From NCBI RefSeq assembly GCF_018350175.1, contig NC_058370.1:95170001-95234000 (forward strand): 64,000 bases of DNA, in the 5' to 3' direction. This DNA is from Felis catus (lineage: Eukaryota). Under the pieces are notes generated by a model. That model did not search any database, was not told the origin of the DNA, and was given only the letters and a program-made list of their open reading frames with translations. Position 1 is the first letter of the stretch, and every line of letters starts with the position of its first letter. The translations under genes and the position numbers were made by a program. Positions 36,151-49,070 of this stretch are shown piece after piece.

Positions 36151-37614
36151 AACCAATAAACATGTATGAAGTCTATGAATCATAAAATACTTTATATTTT
36201 AAAACCATTTGAATATGTAATATTTAAGAGAACCAACCCATCTCATGGAGTATATGTATGTATGTCCCTTAGCCAGAGAAACAGGGATAGAAGTTTGAAA
36301 GTTTATAGATTATATGATCAAACTCCTGTTCTGTAGATTTAACTATAATCCTAAAGAATTTCATCATTTAAGTACAAATTAGTCATGTCTCCATTGTTGT
36401 GATAGTAAGATGTTGTTGTATATGCTATTATCAGTTACATAAAGTGACATAGAAGACAAAGTTGCTTATCATTTCCAAATCTTCTTCACCACCCCAGCTC
36501 TCAAATGTCACCAATTGCTCCTGGTAGATAACGAACTCTACTATCTGGTTTTAGTCTTACTTAGAGAGATTAAACAAGTTTGTTTACCCCTGGGGATAAC
36601 TTTAAAGACTTTCCAAGAAGCCAAAATAGTACTAAATCCAGGGAACTGTTACTGTATAGGAAAGAAGACAGAAATCACACTTAAAAGAGGGAAAGGAAAT
36701 GAGATAAAATCTTGAAAAGCATGTAGGGAGAAATGAAAACAGGCAGAGCGCAGTCTTTATCTTTTCAAGCAATCTACTGTGCTTCAAGTTTTGAACATCT
36801 AAGAGCCCAAATAATGGCCTCTATCTCAGATCGCCCCTGGAGTCCAGTTTTGATGCTGATAAATGCTGTTTTTACAACTTGTTGTTGCCAGATATGGTTT
36901 CTCTGAATTATCCAGAGGCCAAACATCATCCACCTTTCTTCTTTTTTTCCAATTTATTTTGCAGTTATCATGCCTCAAGCATGGGTCACTATGGTTGGAA
37001 ATAACTTTTAGTAGCTGCATGAGCCAATAAATGAATGTATCCAGAGGCTTCTTTGAGGTTGGGTGGTGATTGTCAAAGGGATCTTCATCATAGGATGAGA
37101 CATCAGTTCGAAAAAAATGCAAACCAGGTCTTGTATTTCCAGATTGCCTTTCTCAGGGAGCAGGCCAACTCTCCCAATGCTTATGAGTATGAAAACTACC
37201 CAGTATTTTTAATACCCCTATTTCCTCAAATTCTAGCTTAGTGTGTTCAAGCAGCATTGTCTTTTGAACTTATGTGAAAATGAAAATCAATCTGAATGAT
37301 CTTATATAAGATAATTTGAGAAATAGGCTATTCTATAATGTCAAGTGAGATTGGATTTGTACTGTACATTCTATAGCGACCACAGACACCCAATAATCAT
37401 GATGTGTTGAGATGTTTCATGACCCAGGTAAATCTTCTAAATCATCTAATCAGTTATCTTGTTTTGGTTCGATCTTTATGTTAAATATATTTTGTCTTCA
37501 TATGCCTTGGCCTTTGTTAACCTGTGTGCTTTGTTTTTATGTATTTTTATTAAATATATTTGATTGTCCTTAGATACCTTAATCTTTGTTAAATCTTATG
37601 TTTTAACAGGTAGC

Positions 37615-37835
37615 ATAGCAGGATGGTTATGAGTTTGGGTGGTGGGGCCAGAAGACAAAGACTTGAATCTCTGCTCTGCTACTTGCTAGCTTTTTGACTT
37701 GGACTTTTACTTAACCTCTCAGTGCTTCAGTTTTTTCCTCTAAGAAATGGGGATGATAATTATATTTATGTCTTTAAATGATTTAATATGCACAAAACAC
37801 TTATAACAATCTTTGTATCTTAGTAAAAACTAGTA
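37615..37835 (+). mobile_element. MIR
   Basis: AGCATAGCAGGATGGTTATGAG..CTCTGCTACTTGCTAGC..CTTAACCTCTCAGTGCTTCAGTTT..AAATGGGGATGATAAT. Confidence 0.85.
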
Positions 37836-37869
37836 TAATGATACTATAATTATCACATCCTATTCATTA

Positions 37870-39390
37870 CTATATAACATTTTAATTAAATGCCTACTAT
37901 ATGCTGAATATTTTGTTGGCAATGGGTGGTATTGATCAACCTAAAAGAAATAGCTAGCTCCTACCTTCCAAGAGCTGGAAGCCAGGTGAATAGAGACAGA
38001 GTTTGAACAAGTAAACAAAAAGTAAAGTGATCTCTACAATAAATGGAATGAATGAGATACTATGGTTTTGAATCATAGGACAGAACTACTTCAGAGAGGA
38101 TGGCCAAAGACAGATGGCCTGAAATATGTTTTCATATGTTACCTCAAGATTGAAAGAGAACCAATTATGACATCAGGGACAGAGTGGCTTTTCAGGGAGA
38201 GAAAACAACCTGAACGATAAGAGTCTTGAATAGAAAAGCACTTGCTGAACTCTGGTAAATGAAGTAAGGCTATTGTGTTTGGAGTTAGAAACAACATGAG
38301 GTGGAAGGAGGCACCAGGAGCAGGATCATGCATTCAGCATGGCAGGGGTTCAGTCTAAATTCAAGGGAAGACATGACAGGACTTTAAAGTGATGATGCTT
38401 TATTTTTTTTCTTCTAAATTTTTATTTAAATTCTATTTAGTTAACATGCAGTGCATATTGGTTTCAAGAATGGAATTCAGGGATTCATCAATTACATACA
38501 ACACCCAGTGCTCATCATAACAAGTGCTCTCCTTAATCCCCATGACCCATCTAGCCCATCCCCCACCCACCTTCTTCCATCAACTCTCAGTTTCTTCTCT
38601 ATCTTTAAGAGTCTCTCATGGTTTGTTTCCCTCTCCCCCCACCCCAAGTTCGTCTGTTTTGTTACTTAAATTCCACATATGAGTGAAAACAGGTAGTATT
38701 TATCTTTCTGTGGCCTGTTTTGCNNNNNNNNNNNNNNNNNNNNNNNNNNNNNNNNNNNNNNNNNNNNNNNNNNNNNNNNNNNNNNNNNNNNNNNNNNNNN
38801 NNNNNNNNNNNNNNNNNNNNNNNNNNNNNNNNNNNNNNNNNNNNNNNNNNNNNNNNNNNNNNNNNCTAGAAAATTATTCTATCTGCCATGTTGGAAAATG
38901 AAATTAGAAGAGGAATGGGAAGCACCAGCTGAAAAATTTTTAATTGCCTAGATAAAAGGTGAGATGGCCCAAAACAGTGGTGGTGATGATTAAGGGAAGT
39001 GTGGTATGTATGGAATACGGAAATTGAGAGAGAAAAGAAAAATAAAAGATGACTCCCAATTTTCTGGCTTGAGCAACTGGGGGAGATAGTGGTGCTTAAA
39101 GGGGGGATATGAGGTGTGGATTAAGTTTAAGCAGTAGGACAGAGGATGGAGTGAAGAATTCAGTTTGGGATGAAGATTAAGATGGCTATATTTCACAAAA
39201 ATAGAGGTATAAAAACATTCGGAAATATAAATTTAGAATTCATAGATAAGGTAAGGATTAGAGATAGAAGTTTAAGAGATCGTATAAAGATGACATTTAA
39301 AGTCCTAGGGATGGCAGAATTCATTTAGGAAAAGGATGTAGAGAGAAATGAAGAAATTTAGACCAACTCCTAATAATATCCAGCATTTAG
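37870..39390 (-). mobile_element. L2 remnant interrupted by L1
   Basis: AATTAAATGCCTACTATATGCTG start and GACTCCCAATTTTCTGGCTTGAGCAACTGG motif. Confidence 0.6.
38401..38723 (-). mobile_element. Carnivore L1 3'UTR (continues into the gap)
   Basis: T-rich tail then GATTCATCAATTACATACAACACCCAGTGCTCATCATAACAAGTGC..TTAAATTCCACATATGAGTGAA. Confidence 0.92.
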
Positions 39391-40195
39391 AAGAAGACAC
39401 AAATATCCATTTCTCATTCCTCTTGGATAAATGATTGCTTTATCATAAAATAATGCTATAATCAATATCTCATTATATGATATGGTAATGCTGCATATTG
39501 TGTGATATTACATTATACAGAGATCAAAGAACTACAAATGCTATATTCTCTCTCTCTTTGCTATTGTTTCATTTGGGACTCTGGATTTCACTTTCCCATA
39601 ATATAAAAATAAGTTATTATGGAATATATCCTAGACAAAAAGTGACATATATGGTAGTAAATAAAAATAATTTAGATGTTAGAAATGCTAATCCATAAAT
39701 TACTTCTGAATGTTTGTATTACCCAATACAAAAAAAAAAAGAAAAAAAAACAATGTAATTAGTGCAATTGTTTTATAGATGACCCCTTACATAATGTATT
39801 TCTTCTTTCATAAGTACTATTTTGAGAAAGAAAGAGTATTGAAACTAAGGAGCATTTATGCCCATAGGAAAATTTGATAATGATCAGATCAGATTATCTG
39901 TATACAAAAAGAAAAAGGATTTAGATCAGAGAACAGGGTCTGGACATTGTCAGAGACCATATGATTGAAGGGTCATTCCTTAGGACTTAGCTTCTTCCTC
40001 AGCTCCACAGTCCTGGCAGTTACAGGGATGAAAAACAGTGGAAGCTTGGCCTCAACCAAACTAAATGTTCAAGGTCTCCTGGAGCATCTGTGACCACAGT
40101 CATCTTCATACCCAGGTGTCTTCCGGTACCCAGTAAGAAATTGAGCTCAGAGTGTCCCTTGCTGTCATAAGTCATAATGCCATGGAAGAGGAAAG

Positions 40196-40257
40196 TGTGT
40201 GTGTGTATGTGTGTGTGTGTGTGTGTATGTGTGTGCGTGTGCGTGCGTGCGCATGCA
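40196..40257. repeat. Alternating purine-pyrimidine (TG/CG) repeat
   Basis: GTGTGT..GCGTGTGCGTGCGTGCGCATGC read directly. Confidence 0.95.
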
Positions 40258-40282
40258 GTGCGTTTAGGAGAAATTTCTTCTA

Positions 40283-40485
40283 TTAAAAAAAATGTGTATC
40301 TATTTATTTTGAGAGAGAGAGTACTAGTGGACTAGAGGGGCAGAGAGGGAGGGAGAGAGAATCTTAAGCAGGCTCCATGCTCAATGCAAAGCTTGATGTG
40401 GGGTTCAATCCTATGACTGTGAAATCATGACCTAAGCTGAAATCACGAGTCGAATGCTTAACCAACTGAGCCAACCAGGCGACCC
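40283..40485 (-). mobile_element. CAN-SINE (older SINEC)
   Basis: Head ends CCAGGCGACCC; near-TSD G(G/A)(A/G)GAAATTTCTT. Confidence 0.9.
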
Positions 40486-40549
40486 TGTATGAGGAATTTC
40501 TTAAACAAATCAAATGTCAGCTTATTCCATTGACTTCAGCCTTCTTTAT

Positions 40550-41590
40550 TCTTTCCAATGAGGGCTCTGTGTATAGCTCCTTTCTGAGTTCATAAGTGTG
40601 ATCACCTCCAAACACAATCATCAAGGAGAGAGAATAGAGGTTTATCGGGATAGGCTTTCACTTGGGCTTAAAGATTGGCATAATACAATGAAGGAGATAA
40701 TCAGATCACATCCAGAGTCTTGAAGACAATGAGGAGTCATTAAATCAGCTTCAGAGACACTGGTCACTTTATTAAAGGCATCCAAACTTATGGCATGAAG
40801 CCACATGATATTTTTCAAGGAAATTATATATCTTTTGAACCTAGAAGAATATTTGAAGTTCAGATTGTTCTGGTAGCTTTAAAACATTTAGTAAACAGCA
40901 TAACCTGTACAAGAGTTAGATTGTAATTATTTAAAAGGCAAGTAATCAGGACATTTGTTGAACTCAGCTGAAAGTTGCCAAAGTGTAATTGGCTTGCAGA
41001 TGGAAAACCACCAAGGAGTCATCCAGGATACTGGCAAGCCTCAGGGAATGGACAGCTATTTCTTTGATATCAAAGTACAAACTGACAAACCTTTTGTCCA
41101 AGGATCAGTGAACCTGCATATGGGTGTTGACCAAGAAAGTTTCCAGGTAGAATGCTGTACCTGAGGACATAGCTAGAATTAGGAATGGACTTTATTTTTT
41201 NNNNNNNNNNNNNNNNNNNNNNNNNNNNNNNNNNNNNNNNNNNNNNNNNNNNNNNNNNNNNNNNNNNNNNNNNNNNNNNNNNNNNNNNNNNNNNNNNNNN
41301 NNNNNNNNNNNNNNNNNNNNNNNNNNNNNNNNNNNNNNGGCAGAGAGCAAGAGAGACAATCCCAAGCAGACCGTGCTGTCGGTGTGAAGCCTGACTCAGG
41401 ATTCAATCTCACAAACCGTGAGATCATGACCTGAACTGATATCAAGAGTCAGACACTTAACTGACTGAACCACCCAGGTGCCCCTGGACTGGGTGGACTT
41501 TATAACTGGCCAACATATACACTTCTGTAGATAGATGCAAGTCTGTTGATACCTGCAGAAGAAATATGTATTGTTCTATAGCCTTTGGTG
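40550..41590 (+). pseudogene. CNN3: Old, degraded processed pseudogene of calponin-3, interrupted by a SINE (41192-41484)
   Basis: Colinear intronless fragments match CNN3. FHLGLKD (about 40655) matches FQLGLKD. GHFIKGIQTYGMKPHDIFQG (about 40762-40820) matches GNFIKAIQAYGMKPHDIF. EVQIVLVA matches QVQTTLVA. CQSVIGLQM (40977) matches GQSVIGLQM. KVQTDKPFVQGSVNLHMG matches KMQTDKPFDQTTISLQMG. Weaker third calponin-repeat similarity follows the SINE. Multiple stops and indels. Confidence 0.88.
41192..41484 (-). mobile_element. CAN-SINE inserted in the CNN3 retrocopy (partly gap)
   Basis: Head ends CCAGGTGCCCC at 41484; TGGACTTTAT occurs on both flanks. Confidence 0.88.
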
Positions 41591-41678
41591 TAACTATATT
41601 TGGCATAACTATATGATTTTTTGGTGTTTTGCTTCGATAAGAGAAACAATACTTTATAGACGCAAAGGAATAATTTTT

Positions 41679-41894
41679 TTTAATTTTTTTTCAACGTTTA
41701 TTTATTTTTGGGACAGAGAGAGACAGAGCATGAACGGGGGAGGGGCAGAGAGAGAGGGAGACACAAAATCGGAAACAGGCTCCAGGCTCTGAGCCATCAG
41801 CCCAGAGCCTGACGCGGGGCTCGAACTCCCGGACCGCGAGATCGTAACCTGGCTGAAGTGGGACACTTAACTGACTGCACCACCCAGGCGCCCC
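41679..41894 (-). mobile_element. Young feline CAN-SINE
   Basis: Perfect 17-bp TSD GCAAAGGAATAATTTTT at 41662 and 41895. Confidence 0.97.
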
Positions 41895-42851
41895 GCAAAG
41901 GAATAATTTTTAAAAAGCGTCTGGAATGAGTGACAGTGATGATCACACTGTCATGCAGTCCTGCCAGATGCATTGCATGGTGAATACCAACATCCCTATA
42001 GAAGATATCCATAATTTGACTCTATCAAAGTAGAATGGTGTTTGTTCATTATTTTATTTTCTGGAAAAAAAAACAAATTACATTTTTATAATTTTTATCT
42101 AGTCCACCTAATTATTATGCTGTTGAATCTAAAAAAAATGCCTTCTATGCATCCTTTTATTTCCTTGTTGATCTCTTTCAAAAATATATATATCATGTAT
42201 GTTGAGTTATATTCCAGGGTATAATCAATAACTTACATATGCAGTTAAAAGGAAGCTATGAGAAGGTAGTAACTTTCTGCATCATCTTTTTATTAAAGAT
42301 CTTACTATATTATAACTTGAAAGAATTTTATTTTTGGTATCTTATTTTGATAGAGAAGACACTTTCAACATATTGTCAAATGTGGTCTTTGCCGACTAAA
42401 TCTAAGATGCAACATTTCTGAGATATAATCATTATGATTACTATCGTATTTTATTTTTTTCCCATTTATAAACTAGAGCACTGTCAAATAATGCAAAAAC
42501 AACTTAGTGTGTGGACCATAACTGTCATATTCACACTGCATGGTAGAAAATTATCCTCAGTGTTGAGTGAATACAGAGGATTTACTTTTACTGTATAGAA
42601 TGATGGTCTAAAGGAGAAGGTGAGTTTAGCAGGCAAGAAAGGATACTGGAAAACTATTTTAAGGATGAATTGCAAAACAATGACATTGCCTTTCAGTCAG
42701 CCAGTAAAGCAAAAGGAAGGAGAATCCTAGGGAAAAAAGTGCCTGCGTTTGGGCTGTTTACTGAAAGAAGTGTAGAAAAGTCTGTGGAATTTAAAGATAA
42801 TGATAGTTGGAAGGAGAATATAAGAATTGTCTACAGTTGTGGTTTTCAACG

Positions 42852-43225
42852 TGCAGTTCCTCAACTGAAAGCACCTGCATCACCTGAGAACTTGCTAGAA
42901 ATGCAGATTCTCTTCTTTACCCCAGACCTGTTGAATCAGAAAGGCTGTTTCGGGGCACCTGGGTGGCTCAGTCAGTTGATCATCCAACTTTAGCTCTAAG
43001 TTCCTGAGTTTGAGCCCTGCATTGGCTCTGTGCTACCAGCTCAGAGCCTGGAGCCTGTTTTGGATTCTGCCTCTCTCTCTCTGCCCCTCCCCCACTCATG
43101 TGCGCCCGCTTGCACGCGCGTGCTCTCTCTCTGTCAAAAATAAATAAACAGTTAAAAGAAATAAAGTGTGTTTAGACAAGCCCTCTAGATGATTGTGATA
43201 CACACTCAAGATTGAAAACACTGCT
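42852..43225. mobile_element. MER5A-like MITE split by a CAN-SINE
   Basis: GCATCACCTGAGAACTTGCTAGAAATGCAGATTCTC..CCAGACCTGTTGAATCAGAA before the SINE and ACAAGCCCTCTAGATGATT..GAAAACACTG after it. Confidence 0.8.
42952..43160 (+). mobile_element. CAN-SINE
   Basis: GGGGCACCTGGGTGGCTCAGTCAG head and AAAAATAAATAAAC tail. Confidence 0.92.
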
Positions 43226-43749
43226 TTAATCTGGGATATTTGTCTGAGTTGACCGGATGAAATGCCCACGTGGATCAGATTGACTGGTGAACTGTCTAAC
43301 TTCAGGCTGAGTTGGAATCTTCCCTTGATGGACTTACTGATACGTTCAAGTGAAATGTTTAGGACCCTCCCCAAACCCATCCTTGGGAGCTCTTTGAGAC
43401 CTTAAAAATGAGGACAGTTGAAATCTGCCCACTTCAAAAGTTACACATTATCTTTAGTTCAAGTAATTAAATCTTACATTTGATGATGATCAGAGATAGC
43501 TCTGTAGGAAGAATACAGTGGGACCCTGCCTATTCCTTATGTAAAAATCTGCTATAAAATGCCTCGTATTTACCTGTTCACTCATGTCTGTTTTTTTTTA
43601 AAGGGAAGTTTGTATTCCCTTGAAGGTACGTGTTTTAAGATATAAATTTTTCAAAATTTGAATTCAAGATAAAACATGTTGGTTGAAATGCATGTAAGGT
43701 ATAAGTGACCTTATTCCATTTTTTAGTAATATCAGATTCTGATTGGAGT

Positions 43750-44090
43750 ATGTCTGTTGCAGTGTCCTCAGAAATTGACCTTGAATAGAGGATTCCAGTC
43801 CAGGTCATTTATTGAGGAGATTATCCCAGAAATGTTGATAGGGGACTGGAGTCGGAAGTAGACGGGGGCAAGGAGCCAGAAATTGTGTCTGTTGTAATTG
43901 GGAACCTTTGGGGAACAGTATAAAACCTGTCTCAGAGTTATCCTACTGGAAGGTCTTAGGGAAATGGAGTATTTATCCAGGTTATTGTCAACTGCTATCT
44001 GTCATTGATTATGGGCTGGTAGAGGATATATTTTGGCATTATTTCTTTGCCATTTTCACTGTGGAGACCTGAAAAACTCCCAGCAGAGTC
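43750..44090 (-). mobile_element. ERVL LTR16-like remnant
   Basis: GAGGATTCCAGTCCAGGTCATTTATTGAGGAG..CTCAGAGTTATCC..GGAGTATTTAT..GTCATTGATT. Confidence 0.55.
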
Positions 44091-46548
44091 CTGGTACTGC
44101 ACATAGAGCAAAGGGACGTTCTGTGTGGATAGGGTAGGCACAGCAGCATCTGCTACACGGTGGAGTGGATGAAAGAGTGGGTAGGTGGTAGAGAGTTGTA
44201 GGGAGGTAGATACCTACAAGGAGAAGTGGAGTGGGCTCAAAAAAAAAAAAAAAAAAAAAAAGCAAAAGGAGAATCATGGGACTCCCAAAAGGAAAAGTGC
44301 TTCACTGTCACCGAGGTGTGATGCTAGCTCTCATCATCCAGGAAGCATTTATTTAATGTTCACCTGCACTTGACATTGTGATCTACCCCAGGAAGATAAT
44401 GAAAGCAATATGGCTCCTCGCCTGAGGTGTTTGACAAGCTGGTCTAGAAGCAGGAAGCAGAAAACTAGAGCTCTAGGCTTCCATTCAAAATGACAAATGC
44501 AGGCTGTAAAAAGGATGGCCCTGGTGTTTATGGAGGCTACAAATTAAGTGCCGCCTGCCCAGGTTTGATCTGATGCCCATTCACACTACTGTGTACTGAC
44601 ACTTTCCAGAAAGTTATGCCGTGAGTCTCCAAAGATACTTTGCTGTTCTAGTCTGCCCCTGTCAGAATATCAAGTTTGGTATATCCTAGGATGTGCGTTT
44701 TATGAAATAACAGAATTATTAATTCATGATAATTGAAAAAATGTACTAGTGGTAACTAGCTTATCTTTGAATGCTTTTAATGGCAAATGTGACATATTAC
44801 TTCTCCTTATCCCCACCCCTCTTTTTTCTTTTTTAAACACACAATTTTGAAAGCCATAAATCATTCCTTTTGCATTGATATGAACCCAATAGGCCAAATT
44901 ACTATACTTTGCTTAATCATTTTTGAAAAAAAATAACTAACTCTTTTTCTTCTAATAAATTTATAAGATTCCCGTAGTGAATTAAATTTTTTTATAGCAG
45001 CTGTTAATCTTTAAACTAAAAAATACTTAAATCAGTTTGGAAATAAGGAAAACATTTTTTTTTCTCCCTGGAGTAGATCATATTTACTTTTGTTTTCCAT
45101 TTTTTTCTTCCCTTAAGCCACATCCAGTATGATCATATTTCCATTTTCTTTTTAAGACCTCGGTTACATCATTATCTCCTTAATGCTAACAACCCAGAAT
45201 TCCTTTCCAGATACTCCCTTTTTTAGTGTTTTTAGATAAGCAAGGTATTGTTGTGGTTGTTGTTTGTCTGTGTTCCTTTGCATCCTTAAGAAGCATTGAA
45301 TTCTTTCCACATTTTCTCTTAATACAATTTGACTCCAAAATCATATTGGGAAATAGGATATCTCATTTGGATAGCACTCTAGCTTTGCCTCTATAAAGGT
45401 TGTTTCAGGGTAATTGGTAATTCAGCTATTTCCTCATGCCTCATTTCCAATTCATACTGTCATTTTACTAGAGGGATTCTTTTGTTCTTAGTGTTTATTC
45501 ACCGAGACTACACATTTTTTTTATCGTTATCTAAGCAATTTCAATCTTCTATTAAGAAAAAAAGTTTGCAGTCCAGTATTTCTTTCCATTCCCTACTTAC
45601 TTATGATCTCCTCTAATTCACTACAAATATTCCAGTAAATTTCATTCAGGCGATTAACAACTTTTGCATTTTGTTGGCTTTTCTTTGTAATCTTTGACAT
45701 TTCCAGGTTTTTCCAATAATTGTCTCAGGAAGATGAAACCAAAGTTTAACTCACTCATTCCTTAAAGAATTTGGCTTTTCCTCAAGTTTTGGCTCAAAAC
45801 TAAAGGGCCTATAGTCATTTTCCTGTTAAGCTTTTCAGTTTGGTGTGTGCCTGCTAGATCCATGATACACCCTCAACTTCAGTCCCATTTGTCACACTGG
45901 GTGCATTTCTAAGATGGACGATCTTCATCGCCTGTGGCCATGTTCATGTTCGATATACTCAGACTATGAATGGAAACCCTCCCACACTACCTGGAGGAAA
46001 CTTGAAAGTGTTCCATTGCTATTATCTGAAATGATACTTGATTAATCCCCTGCTAGGAATGTTCTGACTCAGGTTGGCCTCCCTTATTTTTCTAAAGCAT
46101 TTTCTAATCCAGTGCTTTCCAGTGCCTAGTAAATGTGTTGCATTAACAAAGGGGTGCCTGTGCTTTTCCCTTAATTTCCACCACAAAGTTATTTCTATGG
46201 CCCTTGAATTATGAATATGCTCTCTCTCGTAAATATTATTCCATTTAGATGAGCACGGTCTGGTTTTTGTCTCTGGTTACCTTCCATGGACTTGGCTATT
46301 TCCTGGTATGGGGTTTCTGACCATTATCTTTATACAGATCAGTCAGTCATTGGTGAAATCATGCTTTGTTTTGCTGAAAGAGATCTTGAGAGAGACTGAG
46401 CATCACCCTTTGTCTTCATATGCATCCAAACAAAAGCAGGCCTGTCCTGATTTCCTTTCAGCATTCAGTCACAGTACATGCGTTCCCGAATCAATGAATA
46501 TTAAATGAGATGAGCATTTGTTGAAGTCTTCTTGTGTGCCTTTGCAAG

Positions 46549-46585
46549 GCCTCGAGGTGGTTATTCAGCAGAGCCAGTACCACAT
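46549..46585 (+). other. Candidate 37-nt internal exon of an unidentified + strand transcript
   Basis: Acceptor TCTTCTTGTGTGCCTTTGCAAG and donor CAT|GTGAGT; open in all three frames; non-repetitive. No protein recognised. Confidence 0.25.
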
Positions 46586-47559
46586 GTGAGTGTCAACAGT
46601 GTATCCAGCCACGTCTCCATCAACCATTGTGTTTTTACTGTTCTTGTAAGTTTTACATCGTATTTGTCTTCCACTGCTGCTGATTATAGTTATCCTTTTT
46701 CACTTGTTTTGTTCTCAGGAAATGAAACTAATTTGCATGTTAGCCAACATTAAACCCTTGGGAAAAGTAAATTTGTAAGCGTATTAATGTGTATATAAAT
46801 TAGAAAGCTCGCCGAACACAAACAAAGTATCCAGGGCATGTGGTTACCTGGATTGTCTTCTGACCTTAGATTTTGAGAATATACTCAAAAGGTTCTTATG
46901 TAGAACACAGTTCCGGGGATCTCAAGAGAGTTTATACTGTGGCTGAAGATGGCATTACATTAGAAAGATAGGCTGGCCCTAGGCAAATAGCAAAGCAGGA
47001 AAAGTTTGTCTTCCAATGTCACAGCCCTCAGGGCCACTCCTGCCCTCGGTTCCCTTTGGGAACTAGCCTAGGAACCCAAAGCCTTTTTTCTTTTCCTGAA
47101 CTACAAAGGAATGCCTACCTTTGTCAGACTCCCTGCCCAATCAAAAGCACTGCTCTCAATACCTCCCTTTTCAGAGAGACTGAATTTTAGTGAAAGTTGT
47201 CAGTTAAGGACTGATTCCAGGAATCCTTACCTCTCCCGACAATACATCCTTCAGACAAACCAGTAGGGATTCCAATCATTCCAGAGGGCTGGTGGGGAAA
47301 ATCCTTCCATTTAGTAAGTCTTGATTTCTTGCTTTTCATTGTATGGCACCCTGAAAAGCCAGTGTGCTCAAATTTTGGTGTGCCCTATATCATTTTTTTA
47401 TTGCCAGATATAAGCCAATGAAACAATACAGACAAATATTCTCAGAAGAGATCTATTTCTCTCTCTTAACCCCTATCGTAGAACAGTCTTGCCATAAAGA
47501 ATCTTTAGATTATTTCTTGGAATATATGTATGTGTTCATAAATATGTATTATTACTTGG

Positions 47560-49070
47560 AAGTTCTTTAATACTTACATTCATTGTATTCTATTGGAAGT
47601 ATCATTTGTAAGGTTGTATTTTTCTAACTTAACTAAATGAACCTAGTTCATTCTTTGTAATTTTACCTTATATTACTCCATTGGATGTGCAAATTATTTT
47701 CTTACTGTTGGCCATTTGGAGTGTTTGCAGTGTCTGCCTGTAACACACAGAGCTATAAGTACACAAATTGTTGTGTGCATCTTGTGGACATGTACAGGTG
47801 TGTCTTGAGGAAATACACCTAGAAGTAGAATTGTTAAATAATGCATTGCATGCATAGGTATAAGTCTTACAGTTGTTCTAGAACTTGCTTTTCTGGGACA
47901 AGAACTGATAGTGATTTGTTCTTAGACCTATGCATTGTCTATTATGGGCAGACAAAAAGTAGAATTTGCTAAGTCCTGGGATAGCTTCCATTTACCTTTA
48001 CCAGACAGTATGAAAATATTCTCTAAAGCAGTTGAAACAATTACAGTAGTAAATGAGATTTCCTATTTCTTACATTCTTGCTAAATTGTATAGGAGTTTT
48101 TAGCATTCCCCCCCCCCCCAATTTTATGTGAGTAAATTTGTATCTTAATGTTATTTTAATTTTTTTTTATTATTGGGCTTTACATTTATTTATCAGCCAT
48201 TTGGACCTACTCTCCTTTCATTTTCTTTGCCTATGTTTCCACTGAGTTGTTCTTCATCTAAAATAACTATACTTATATTTTGGATACTCAAACTTTGTAT
48301 TTTACATAATTTTTGCAAATATGCACTCCTGCTCTGTGATTAGTATTTTAATTTTGTTCATGCCTTTTTTAAATACACTTCTTTAAAAATGTAGTGTAAT
48401 TTCACTACTTTTTGTTGAGTATTTTCTTTAAGAAATTATTTTCTATCCCAATGTCATTATACATATATCTAAATACTTTTGCAAACGTTTAAGAATTTGG
48501 CTTTTACATTTGTCTTTATCTTTGATTTTTATTTTGTGAATTAAGATCTAGTTTTATTATTTTGCTTATTCATAGTTAATATTTAGTACCATTTATTGAA
48601 ATGGTATTTATTGGGCTGTTGAAAGGCTCTCTATTCTATTCCATTGGTTAATTTCCACATGCATACCGCTTCAACTTAATTACCATAGTTAATAAATATT
48701 GATATCTTGCAGGGCAAGTCTTTGTCCCTTTTTCGTTGTTCTTCAGAAACACCTTTGCTATTCTTGATTGGCTCTTTGTTCCTCAATCTGAATCTTAGTA
48801 TGTCTTGTTTATTTCTCTACAAGAGAACTCTGTTGGGAATTTGATTATAGTTGTATTGAATTTATAGATCAATTTGGAAAGAATTTCCATTTTTTAAATA
48901 TTGTGTCTTAATCATCATTAGGGTATATTTCTCCATTTCATCGTGTTTTGTTTTTATATTTCAGTAGTTTTATAATTTCCATCATAAAGGTCTTCATCCT
49001 TTTGGTTTTATTCCTAGGATCTTATAGAGTTTGTCTTTGCTTGTTTATAAATGGTTATTATGATTAAAAA
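47560..49070 (-). mobile_element. Old L1M fragment
   Basis: GAAATACACCTAGAAGTAGAATTG, TTTATCAGCCATTTGG, TTAGTACCATTTATTGAA, GAATTTGATTATAGTTGTATTGAATTTATAGATCAATTTGG. Confidence 0.8.

Noticed and set aside
47232-47350. Minus-strand exon-like segment (TTTTCAG|...GAG|GTAAGG), open frame
   Set aside because: The surroundings look LTR-derived, the peptide is unrecognised, and the strand is opposite to the inferred host.
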